IMG/VR virus record: IMGVR_UViG_3300027509_000014 | Strand: one strand, 5' to 3' | Length of the DNA stretch: 41,052 bases | Origin: a virus | In this document: one piece after another, positions 1 through 9,096 of the stretch | Numbering within the stretch: the stretch's first letter is position 1 | Layout of the letters: every line of letters starts with the position of its first letter | Translations under genes and position numbers: made by a program | The notes under the pieces: model-generated | The model's input: only the letters and a program-made list of their open reading frames with translations | Databases searched by the model: none | Told to the model about the DNA's origin: nothing

Positions 1-2044
1 GCCACCAGAGAACATTTTAAAGACAGATTCTCCCTGCATCCCCAAATCGGCAAACCCGTCAGTCAGCCCTCCCACAAATGAATTTATTAATTCTAGAAAG
101 AAACCGGCTAATCCGCCCAAAGCTGTTTTGATACCGTCAAAGCCGCCAATTCTTTCACTTATGCTATTTATTTTGTCTATGAAGCTATTTACAAAATCTG
201 TTAAAGTTTGCAAAGTATTTGATATACTTATTACGCTTTCGCCAAATCCAGCAAGCGGCGTACCTTGGAATGCATCAGATAAAGATTGGCCTATTTCACT
301 TATTGACCCGCCGGATGTGAACGCCGAAATGGTGCCTGTGATTAAAGATATCTCGGTATTTAGTTCGCTCACCTTGTTTAAGGCTTCTGCAAAATTAGTT
401 AACTGGCCAACTCTCTCATCAAAATCTCTATAAGTTCCAGTAGCCAATCTTATCGCTGTTGCGAAACCACTTATTTTATCAGTAGCATTATTAAGAAAGC
501 CAACAACCCTGCTCAGACCGCCCGTCATAAGATTTGCTAATTTGTCTTGAAGCTTACCCGTTCCTGAGAACGCATCAAAGAGAGCTGAGGCTAATTCTTT
601 TAACGCTCCGCCGAATTGACTACTGGCCGATATTAGTTCCGCAAATGTGCTTCTGAAGGCCTGAGATGCCTCACTGGACCCAGTTATTATATCAGAAAAT
701 AATTTAATCAGAAAGGCGAGACCCGCATATATAGGCAGCCTAAGAGTAAATCTTTTAATACTCTCCATAAACATGATAATGCTCATGGCAGCACGCACAA
801 ACATAAAGTTTATAGGACCTATGGCAGCAAGTCCGAGTATTGCTTTTATAAATGATTTAGTGGCTTCTGGGTTTGCCGCTATCATTTCATTGAATCTTCT
901 AACAAGTTCTGTTATTTTTTCAACAGGAGAGCTTACGGCATCAAGGCCTCCAAAGTCTCTACCCAAAACCAAAGCGGTCTCTTGGAGTTCCGACCTCAAG
1001 AGTTTAAGTTTGCTAAAGAACGAATCTTGCATGGTCTCGGCCATGTTGCCCATAAATCCTCTAAATTCAGCAGGATCTAAAGCATCTATGGACGCTACGA
1101 ACTCATCGATTGTTGCTCCACTTTGGAGAAGGCTAGCAAAACCAGGAGCGGCACGGAGGCCAAGAACTTTAAAGGTGTCGGCCAGGCTAACGCCCTTCTC
1201 CTGAAATGCTCTAAAAGATTCGCCCAGGGTATTGGTTTCTAGAGATACATCATCTACGGCCAGACCATATTGATCTAATGATTTAATAACAGCCGGAGTA
1301 AAGTTAACCAGTCTAGTAGAAAGGTTTTGAATAGCCGTAGAGGCTATCGAGCCTTTGATACCCCTGTCACCCAAAAAGCCTATGGCTCCAGCAATTTCTT
1401 CGAAACTTCTACCTACGGCTGTGGCTACTGGGCCACCACGTTTAAAGCCCTGCCAGAATTCTGCAAAATCAACGTTAGCCCTTGAAGTAACCTGAGCTAT
1501 AATTTCTGCTTGATCGGTAAAGGCCTGAGCATTTTTAATTTGCCCAGACGCGTCAATTGTGCCAGTTACTTTACCAATATTTGTCAGAGCATCCGCCACA
1601 CTATCGATATCTTCAGCGGTAGCGATAGCTAAATCGTTTGATGTTTGCATAACCAAACGCATTGTTTCAGATTCTTTAACGCCAGTTCTTGCAATAAAAA
1701 CAGCTGAAGCGCTTAGTTGATCAGTTGTGAATATACTGGTTCGGCCAATATCTCTAATTACGCCTTCGTAAGCCGCCATTGATTGGCCTGCCTGATCGAA
1801 GAAGGCTGGATCGCCACCACTCAAAACAGCCTGAAGTTCTTGAATTTGATCCTCGAAAGAACCGGCGATCTTCATGACTTGGCCGAAACCCGCGGCCACG
1901 GGCAGGAGAAAACCAATATTTACTTGATTACCACTATTATTGATTTTCGCTGCTAGCGAGTTCATCTGAGTTCTGGTAGCTGCTGCAAATCCAGAAAAGT
2001 CAATTGGGCATGAACTTCACGAACGCGGTTCCCACTTCAGCCAT
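1..2044 (-). CDS. Tape measure protein (TP901-like core), running off the window edge; reading frame broken after codon 14
   Basis: Not in the ORF track. ATG at 2044 with GGAGG SD at 2052-2056 gives MAEVGTAFVKFMPN then TGA (2002-2000). The +1 frame continues DFSGFAAATRTQMNSLAAK... and reads open to position 1 with TMP-like text (GPVATAVGRSFEEIAGAIGFLGDRGIKGSIASTAIQN). It lies downstream of the tail assembly chaperone. The first in-frame ATG of the long frame is at 1965. Confidence 0.88.
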
Positions 2045-2102
2045 ACCCTAACCTCCCATCTAGCGAAACTCGCATTCGCTGTATTAATTTTTACTGCATA
2101 AC

Positions 2103-2111
2103 ATTATATCA
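2103..2111 (-). promoter_or_regulatory. Extended -10 promoter (TGATATAAT) upstream of the tape measure gene
   Basis: TGnTATAAT on the minus strand in the gap between the HNH gene and the TMP start; no clear -35. Confidence 0.55.
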
Positions 2112-2155
2112 CTAAATACGACTCAATAAATCATATTGTGACTAGACTGGCTTGC

Positions 2156-3181
2156 TCACAAACCGCTGAGCATTCTAGACTTGGTTCTGACCCTATGGCA
2201 ATTGCGGCAAACCAAATCGCATTTTTCGATTTCCTTTAAGACAACGCTCATATTTCTTCTAGCCATAAGATGAGCTATATCTCCATGCTTTTCATTTGGG
2301 TCTAAATGGTCGTACTCCATGCATTGAGGAGAAAATGTTACCTTACAGTCAGAACACGGATTGGATTTTAAAATATTTATATCTCGTAGTCTCTTTTTTA
2401 ATTCTTTGTATTTTCTAATATAATCACAGGATTTACAAGTACTGTTAACTCTTCCAGTCTTTCTTACGCTAAATTGTGTTTTCTTTAAATATTGAAAACA
2501 TTTATTGCATTTAAAACAATCGCCATCGTCGCGATTGGATTTTTCTCTATTGGCTATATTGTTTTCATGTTTCTGTAGTGTGTTTGCTTTGAAATCATCC
2601 CACTGTTTACGGGTATGCAGCATGTGGCAGTTAGCGCACAGCAGCCTACATATCGAAATTTCTTCAGCTACCTTAGCCCATGGCATGGTCTTCATTTCGC
2701 TGATGCAGTGAGATTTTTGGCTAGGGTCCAGGTGATCAAAATCCATAGCCTCAGGAGAATATGTGATTCCACAAATCTCACACGGGTTTAATTTTAGCTT
2801 GTTAACCTTCTCGTGAAACTCTTCGCTCTTTGCCTTGTTGTATTTTTTATGATATTTCTTAGAGCAACTAAAGCAATGACTGGCTAGACCTGTCTTATTA
2901 TAACTACATACTTGAAAATTAGTGGAATTCTTAACAATTCCACAATTCGGGCATTTCTTTTTTGCGGGAACTTCATGATCTATCAATTTGAGTTTCAGGT
3001 TATTGGATTTGCTTATACTCTTCCTACATTGTTTGCAGTTGGGGCGAAGTCTATCTTTAGTTGTTGAGTGCTTGTGGAATTCCGAAGCTGGTTTAAGTAC
3101 GCCACAACTAGAGCAAGATTTTTCAACTATATCGCCATTATTGTTAAATATTCTAATAGGTTTAATTCTAGTTTTTGTCAT
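2156..3181 (-). CDS. Free-standing HNH endonuclease with two tandem HNH domains and Zn-ribbon repeats
   Basis: Two copies of CxxC...(D/E)(F/Y)DHLDP...CxL(L/V)CxNCH, plus three CxxC...F...CxxC ribbons. AT- and Lys-rich relative to its neighbours. Confidence 0.85.
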   Translation of the reverse strand: MTKTRIKPIRIFNNNGDIVEKSCSSCGVLKPASEFHKHSTTKDRLRPNCKQCRKSISKSNNLKLKLIDHEVPAKKKCPNCGIVKNSTNFQVCSYNKTGLASHCFSCSKKYHKKYNKAKSEEFHEKVNKLKLNPCEICGITYSPEAMDFDHLDPSQKSHCISEMKTMPWAKVAEEISICRLLCANCHMLHTRKQWDDFKANTLQKHENNIANREKSNRDDGDCFKCNKCFQYLKKTQFSVRKTGRVNSTCKSCDYIRKYKELKKRLRDINILKSNPCSDCKVTFSPQCMEYDHLDPNEKHGDIAHLMARRNMSVVLKEIEKCDLVCRNCHRVRTKSRMLSGL

Positions 3182-3216
3182 AGATTAAATCATAATAACA
3201 TAAAAAGTAATAAAAA

Positions 3217-3926
3217 TTAACCAGTAGAAGGCATCGGCTTTGTTTCGCCAGAATACCAGTTATCAGGCTTGCGCTTACCAGCAAGAGTTTTTCTATACTC
3301 TTCAGGCAACGCTTCGTCTTCTTCCTTGCTGCCAAGTATTGTGTCGGCCTGAAATAACAGTCCGTTAAACTGAGAAATTTGGGCAATAACTTCTTCACCA
3401 GAGAACCAAGTTCCCCGAGTGTGGATTTCTTTTATAGCAGAATAGTAGACAAAGTCTAGGAAAGCAGATCCGTCGCAGTCATCAACAGATTCGTACCCGG
3501 CTGAGAAGATGGCGCCGTTGAGGAAATGTCGGTTGTCGAGGTAGTATCCGACGAGTCCGTAGATGACGCTTGATCGTTTCCCATTATCTCTTCCATCAAA
3601 GTGGTGCTAATGTTAGCCAAATCGTTCATGTCTACCGATGAATCGGGCGCATCGACCATCTCTTGGAATGCTTTGCGAGAATCCTTTTCGAGCATGCTTA
3701 GTACGAGATCGTATTGGATTTGAAACATCTCGAACATAGCGGAGCCATCTGGTTCATCACTGTCAGCTTCCTTGACAAGCTGCATGATTGAGCCAAGGTT
3801 GAGAAGCGTTGAAACAGGAATAGCACTAACCGAAGTTAGTAATTGACCCTTGAATTCAAACTCCACGGCACTGTCTTCGCCTTTGGTCGTTTCTGCGGAC
3901 TCTCTAATTTTAACTCTACGTGCCAT
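3217..3926 (-). CDS. Tail assembly chaperone long form (gpGT-like, about 236 aa) via -1 frameshift at 3582-3576
   Basis: The -1 frame after GGGAAAC reads RSSVIYGLVGYYLDNRHFLNGAIFSAG...KPMPSTG to TAA at 3219-3217. That frame is closed upstream by TAG (3609-3607) and has no usable early start codon. Confidence 0.8.
3456..3926 (-). CDS. Tail assembly chaperone (gpG-like, short form)
   Basis: 156 aa, acidic, with a Ser/Thr low-complexity tail following a G GGA AAC slippery site; upstream of the TMP. Confidence 0.8.
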   Translation of the reverse strand: MARRVKIRESAETTKGEDSAVEFEFKGQLLTSVSAIPVSTLLNLGSIMQLVKEADSDEPDGSAMFEMFQIQYDLVLSMLEKDSRKAFQEMVDAPDSSVDMNDLANISTTLMEEIMGNDQASSTDSSDTTSTTDISSTAPSSQPGTNLLMTATDLLS

Positions 3927-3969
3927 TTGGGCAACCCCTAAAAAAAATATAAAATAACTACTTGAGTAA

Positions 3970-3999
3970 ATTATATCAGGTTTGATACCCTTGTGTCAA
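3970..3999 (-). promoter_or_regulatory. Consensus sigma70/SigA promoter for the chaperone gene
   Basis: TTGACA (3999-3994), 18 bp spacer, TATAAT (3975-3970), with an extended TG. Confidence 0.85.
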
Positions 4000-4018
4000 A
4001 CAAAGACAACTAGAATAT

Positions 4019-4918
4019 TTATTCGATGCCGACTTCGGACAGCATTTCTCTTGCCATTACTCGTTTAAGGCTGTTCTCCAAGAAATCAATTCTGGACTCA
4101 AGTCCTTCAATATGATCAAGAACTGGCTTTGGAACTACTAGTCCAGTATCCGTTTCAGACATTTCGCCACGAGAATCTACTGACCAGGCGGTGCCACACA
4201 TGAAGATTACCTCGTCTTCACCATCTCGGGCTATTACTGTTTCGCCAGGAGAAACAGCGCCTTCTGGAAGAACACCATCAGCGTGTTCGCCACCACTAGC
4301 TACTAAAGCATTTGTAATAAAGCCGCTCAAGTTGCAAGCCATAACAGCCACCATTTCCAGTGAGCGACGGGCCAGACCTTTACTTTTTACTGGACGCCAA
4401 TCAGGCGAAAAATCTGAAGCCCTAAGCATGCGGGCTTGAGCAAGAGTGACATCTGGACGCAAAGAACCAGCGATCTGAATACCGTAGTTATCCTCAAACA
4501 CCCTAACGTCAGCTACGCCACAGCCAGTGTTGTCATAATGAGAAATCACAGCATCTGGGTCCAGCCTAATGTCGGGGTGATAAGAATCAGCCGTAAGGAC
4601 GCCGGTTGATACCTTATTGCCTTCAGCAGTAATCACTTCACCAACATGGAACCAAGCATAGTTGCTGGGTGAGCGTGGGGCGGTTTGGCCATTGAACTGA
4701 GGAGAAATGTGATTAGCTCTCCAGCTACATAGATAGCCATAAACTCTGCCGTCCTCGTCAATCCTGACTCCATGAGGTTCGTTTATGCTCATTGGCTCAA
4801 ACCACGCGGCGGGAGGCGCTACGGGAAAGTTGTAAGAGTCTTTTTCGCTGGAACTCCCTGAGGCCACCAAGGCCTGAGGTTCAGCTGTTGGCAATGAAAT
4901 TCCATAAGTAATAGTCAT
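4019..4918 (-). CDS. Head morphogenesis protein matching the C-terminal module of actinophage capsid maturation protease fusions
   Basis: PPAAWF...DGRVYGYL..W...PRSPSNYAWF...HYDNTG..VADV...EDNYGI.IAGSLRP...LRAS..SPDWRP...LEMVAV resembles the conserved block in cluster-B-like actinophage protease proteins (recalled, not searched). Located two genes after the portal. Confidence 0.65.
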   Translation of the reverse strand: MTITYGISLPTAEPQALVASGSSSEKDSYNFPVAPPAAWFEPMSINEPHGVRIDEDGRVYGYLCSWRANHISPQFNGQTAPRSPSNYAWFHVGEVITAEGNKVSTGVLTADSYHPDIRLDPDAVISHYDNTGCGVADVRVFEDNYGIQIAGSLRPDVTLAQARMLRASDFSPDWRPVKSKGLARRSLEMVAVMACNLSGFITNALVASGGEHADGVLPEGAVSPGETVIARDGEDEVIFMCGTAWSVDSRGEMSETDTGLVVPKPVLDHIEGLESRIDFLENSLKRVMAREMLSEVGIE

Positions 4919-4942
4919 ATTATTTTCCTAATATTTAAATCT

Positions 4943-6493
4943 TTATTTATTAAACCTAAACAAATGCTCAATGTCTTCGATTAATGAGAAAACTTGTAGT
5001 TCTGGCCCAGCATCTGCGCCGCTTGCTACAAGAGCTGATTCTTCATCTTTAGCCTGAAGTATTCTCGCATCTCCAGTAAGCCACATGCCCGCCTCTTCCA
5101 AGGCTGGAAAAGTAACAGCGGTCATACCCATGAAGCGACCGGCTATAAGGACATTGAGCGGGCCTCCGTCTACGACAGAGCCAGCTTCAAGCTCGACCAT
5201 TCTTACACGATCAAGGTCAGCCGAAACGCCTCGGAACTCGCCTCTATCAAAACTGTCAAATATTTGTTGGCCAAATTCTGATTCGACTAGTTTCGTTCTA
5301 GTAAACAAAGCATAATTACCAATATCGTCAGTGGGGACAGGATCAACAGAAATTATCCAACCACCCAAACGAGCTTCAAGATGCATCTGGGCACGGACAT
5401 CACCAAACATGTAAGGAAGTGGCAGCTGTCGAGTATTCAACATGCCGTCGTTCTGAAAAGTCATCGGGTGAATAAATCTTCTGTCGCCAGACTCCGTACC
5501 AGTTAATATGGCTGGACCTTCAATATCTGGCTTGGCATTAGCAAGCTTTGCCATCTGGCGAGCTGAGGCTTCACCGTGGACGGGGAAGCTGCCCAAGCTA
5601 TCTGCTGCTACAAAGTTAAATGGGACTTGTGAATTAAAAGCAATCTGGCTAAGATCTGACTCTGAGTCTTCGTGATGATTTAGGGTTGCTTCAGCGCTAT
5701 CTGCATTTACTGGCTGTGCTTGAGAAGTAAAATTCATGGCGCCGATATCCAATCCATCTTCGATGTCTATACTTGATTCAATATGTCCGTTTGTGAGTCT
5801 CACTAGACTACTGGGGCGATCTTCGGCATCGTTTTCAACTAGCTTACGCATAGCCTCTTCAGCAGTAGTTTTATTGGCGTGACAGCAGACAAGTCCATCA
5901 TCTTTAGATCTGATTACAGCAAAGCCGTCACAATCAGAGCGTCGTGAACTTATGTAGTACTTGTCAACATCATCATCTGAACCCTCTAGGGCGTATGTCA
6001 CTTGGTTATCTCGTGTGACTACGGCAAAATGATCAAACTTGATTGTCTGACCAACAATATTTTGGATAGACTCTTCTGAAACTGAAGAATTTACTGACAA
6101 GGGGATATGTAAGGATATTTCAGAGGCTTCGTTTATTGCCACATCTTCATCCATGAAGGCATTTACGGTTTGGTTATATACTTGCTCTAAAGTAGAAGAC
6201 TCTACAATGAGTGCCTTGGCAACAAACCGATCATCAACGCCGACATTAGATATTTCTGTAATTTGTCCCTCAATGGCGCCAAATCTAGATCCAACCCTAC
6301 GAAGCACAGAACCAACAGAATCAGATTCGATGTCAGCGGTATCTGTTAGTACCACTAAATGGGCGCCAGCAAACTTGCGAGGGACTGAATCGTCTCCAGC
6401 CTCAAACAGCATATCGGCCGAATTTGGAGTAGGCATGAGGATAACTGAAGGTTCATTACCTAATGTGGGGTCTAAATAAAGCATACTATACAA
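4943..6493 (-). CDS. Capsid maturation protease with N-terminal 2H-phosphoesterase-like domain
   Basis: The C-terminal part (GTESGDRR..., LPLP, H, RGVSADLD, MGMTAVTFPA) fits HK97-fold-phage prohead proteases. The N-terminal ~170 aa have 2H-like spacing (AHLVVL...LHIPL...IKFDHFAV). Directly downstream of the portal. Confidence 0.65.
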   Translation of the reverse strand: MYSMLYLDPTLGNEPSVILMPTPNSADMLFEAGDDSVPRKFAGAHLVVLTDTADIESDSVGSVLRRVGSRFGAIEGQITEISNVGVDDRFVAKALIVESSTLEQVYNQTVNAFMDEDVAINEASEISLHIPLSVNSSVSEESIQNIVGQTIKFDHFAVVTRDNQVTYALEGSDDDVDKYYISSRRSDCDGFAVIRSKDDGLVCCHANKTTAEEAMRKLVENDAEDRPSSLVRLTNGHIESSIDIEDGLDIGAMNFTSQAQPVNADSAEATLNHHEDSESDLSQIAFNSQVPFNFVAADSLGSFPVHGEASARQMAKLANAKPDIEGPAILTGTESGDRRFIHPMTFQNDGMLNTRQLPLPYMFGDVRAQMHLEARLGGWIISVDPVPTDDIGNYALFTRTKLVESEFGQQIFDSFDRGEFRGVSADLDRVRMVELEAGSVVDGGPLNVLIAGRFMGMTAVTFPALEEAGMWLTGDARILQAKDEESALVASGADAGPELQVFSLIEDIEHLFRFNK

Positions 6494-6531
6494 TCCTACT
6501 ATGAAAGCCTATGTTTTTGTTGAAACTTGAC

Positions 6532-9066
6532 CTAAGCAAGATTCTCATATTCAGCAACATTTGAAAAGTAATCTCGAACTGAAATTTCAATAACAGACCT
6601 GGCGGCATTCATTGCTTGCTCTGTAGTCATATGCTCAATATCGATAGTGGAAATAATGTAGTCTGCACTGGCTTGACAGATGCTCGATGCCAAAACTGGG
6701 GCGTTATTGCCAGAATCATTGTCTGATAAATTGAATGTCATCCACCCACCTATGGTTTCCAACACTACACTTGCTAAATTATCACGAGGTGAGCTTTCTA
6801 GAATTTCAGACCACTCAAGTCCAAGATAATCTAAATCATCTTGTGTCGCCTGAGATGAAAGATTGGGGTCGTCAGGATCAAGATGGCCGAGCGCATTTGG
6901 CTTGTCAAGCTCAGCTCTCTTTAGCTTAAGGGCCTTGCCTATTCTTCTAGACGCTATTGCCATCACCTGAACTCGCACTAAAGCAATCGACTCAGCCAAC
7001 GGCTCAAGTAATTCTTGTGGAAGCTCAGGTAATACCGCTTCTTCGGTTGATTCGTTGGCCAATTGTGATTCAACCGTCGCATCCATCGAATATATTGTTT
7101 CTCCACCAGAATTTACTTCTGGTTTGGCTTTGGCTATATGAGAAGAAATAACAAGAGAGGCAATCTCGTCTGCGGTTTTCCCGCCAAGTAGCGGGTTCAT
7201 TCCCTCTAACAAGTCCTGATTATTAGAAATCCAGTCTTGTAATTCCGCATCAACAGAAAGCGAACGATCTGAATCCACTCTGCGTTCTTCTGAGGGCGGA
7301 AGATCCGAAGTTCTGTTTCTAGTGGTATTATCACCAGTAGTTTTTGGTATTTGAGAAATTCCACGCCCGCCTCTGTTGCGACCGCGCTGATCATCTCCGG
7401 CTGGTTCAGAAGCTCGTTCGTTCCTGTCCAGCAGTGGATCATCTCGATTCTCTGCTGCCAGTCGAATGGCTTCAAGCTCTTCGGCCACATCTTCCAGGCC
7501 ATCTAGCTTGGGCATTAGCAACGGGGCCAGTGTCACGGGAGAGCTTAGTATCAATTTGAATATAAGCCGCTGACGGCGTTCGTTGGCGTTAGGAGCGTCG
7601 GTTATAGAAAATCCAGAAGCTTCTAACAGCGCTCTTTCCGATATTACTTCAAGTTCATATAGTTTGATGGCAATAGTGGACCTATCAGCTCTTGGAAGGA
7701 TCTCCGAAGGATCAAAAATAACACTGTAACGCTCTGCTTCGCAGGGGTCCATCCCCCTCTGCACCAAAACTGGCCTGAAGTAATGTTCAGTAATCAGATC
7801 AGCAATAAGCTCACCAAGAGGTATAACGTGATTACTTGTTAGATTAGAGTCTACATTAGACCCAGTCCAGTGATTTAGACTACCCTTCCCTTCTATGATT
7901 TCTTTGGGTATATCTAAGCCTACGTAAAGTCTTTGGAGAAGTTCGGCCCTTATTCTTTGAGGAATCATATCCAGATTTTTGGATACGTCTAGGTGTCTGA
8001 CTTCTTTCAAATACTCGGCAGCACCGCGAATCAAGAAGGGCAAACGGCTAATTGGATCTGACTGGTCAGTAATTGGTGTGGCAAAGTGATCGAAAAAATC
8101 AATGTCAAACTGGTCAAAATATTCCGGAACGGCGCCGTTTTCCACTTCGATTGGGTTCGCCACGATGTCGGAAGCTTCTAAGGTTATTTGGGTAGGGACC
8201 AAAAGAATTCCAGAAGGCATCTTGGAGTCAACAGTGCTGTGGACATGGTTGTCCAGCTTTCTCATTTCAGAAAGTATCTTCAGGTTCTTCTTGAGGGCTG
8301 AGTCTGAAAGCTGAGAATATCTTGGGTTCGGTCTGAAGCCTCTCGATATATACCAAACATCACGATCAAGTTTGACTTTACTAGATTTTTGTAACCCTGT
8401 TCCCAAACCGGCTGTGCCGTAATTGCTGAAGGCCTGTCTTTCACCACAATTGTTACGGTAAACGGAAAGCACTTTGCTTGATTCATTTAGAACAACAGAG
8501 ATCTCCTGATCTGATACGAATTCCCACTCTTTGTAAATGGGCCTGCCGTCGTTGTCGCTTTCCAGTTTATCATTTTCGTGTTTTGGATCGGCCTTATGGG
8601 CAACAAAATATCCATCTCCAGATACTTGCAATGTTTGAGCAGCTGACAGCAAGAAGGCTCTATAGTGCCTCCCCCTTGGGCCTTTAAACTCACGCAGAAC
8701 CATGTTGGGCAACTTTGAATCAGTAGAATCTAATTCTCCAGAATCTGTTTCTACCGCAACAGCTAACTTGCCTTTAGCCACGCCTTTAGCAACTGTATCT
8801 ACAGCTTGGCCAACTACTTCTACACATTCATAAGCGTCCCAGGCATCATTTTTCCAGCATTCGTCCTTAGAGGGTTCTCTCGACTTTGGATCATAACCAA
8901 GGCTTTTTTCAGCCAGCTTTAGCTTGCGCTGAATGTTGTTTCTATCCCTTACCGAAGAGGTAAGTCTAATATTTGATTGTCTTGCGGGAGCTGATTCGTT
9001 CAAAACCGCAGGCGCAGATTCTCCTTCAGAAGAAGTTATATCTGTCTGCAAAATTCTCGATACCAT
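6532..9066 (-). CDS. Portal protein with long C-terminal extension
   Basis: WKNDAWDAYE..., LQVSGDGYFV, GILLVP, LDIPKEIIEGKGSLNHWTG, FDPSEI..RADRS resemble cluster-B-like actinophage portals. Start moved from 9126 to ATG 9066 because of a GAGGT SD at 9081-9077 and a promoter overlapping the track's start. Confidence 0.8.
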   Translation of the reverse strand: MVSRILQTDITSSEGESAPAVLNESAPARQSNIRLTSSVRDRNNIQRKLKLAEKSLGYDPKSREPSKDECWKNDAWDAYECVEVVGQAVDTVAKGVAKGKLAVAVETDSGELDSTDSKLPNMVLREFKGPRGRHYRAFLLSAAQTLQVSGDGYFVAHKADPKHENDKLESDNDGRPIYKEWEFVSDQEISVVLNESSKVLSVYRNNCGERQAFSNYGTAGLGTGLQKSSKVKLDRDVWYISRGFRPNPRYSQLSDSALKKNLKILSEMRKLDNHVHSTVDSKMPSGILLVPTQITLEASDIVANPIEVENGAVPEYFDQFDIDFFDHFATPITDQSDPISRLPFLIRGAAEYLKEVRHLDVSKNLDMIPQRIRAELLQRLYVGLDIPKEIIEGKGSLNHWTGSNVDSNLTSNHVIPLGELIADLITEHYFRPVLVQRGMDPCEAERYSVIFDPSEILPRADRSTIAIKLYELEVISERALLEASGFSITDAPNANERRQRLIFKLILSSPVTLAPLLMPKLDGLEDVAEELEAIRLAAENRDDPLLDRNERASEPAGDDQRGRNRGGRGISQIPKTTGDNTTRNRTSDLPPSEERRVDSDRSLSVDAELQDWISNNQDLLEGMNPLLGGKTADEIASLVISSHIAKAKPEVNSGGETIYSMDATVESQLANESTEEAVLPELPQELLEPLAESIALVRVQVMAIASRRIGKALKLKRAELDKPNALGHLDPDDPNLSSQATQDDLDYLGLEWSEILESSPRDNLASVVLETIGGWMTFNLSDNDSGNNAPVLASSICQASADYIISTIDIEHMTTEQAMNAARSVIEISVRDYFSNVAEYENLA

Positions 9067-9096
9067 GGAAAACCCTACCTCATTATGTAGGATTAC

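Noticed and set aside
128-1204. Plus-strand ORFs 128..433 and 773..1204, and the many other short antisense ORFs in the track
   Set aside because: They are shadows of long, motif-bearing genes on the opposite strand or in another frame, with no independent evidence.
2000-2002. TGA reassignment or readthrough in the tape measure gene
   Set aside because: The TMP continues in a different frame, so readthrough would not restore it; TGA, TAG and TAA all end genes normally elsewhere.
2062-2080. Hairpin AGCGAA-7nt-TTCGCT in the TMP leader as a regulatory element
   Set aside because: Only a 6-bp stem that does not cover the SD; could arise by chance.
3168-3398. 76-aa ORF from the track
   Set aside because: It overlaps the better-supported -1 frameshift extension of the chaperone, ends in AT-rich intergenic-like sequence and lacks an SD.
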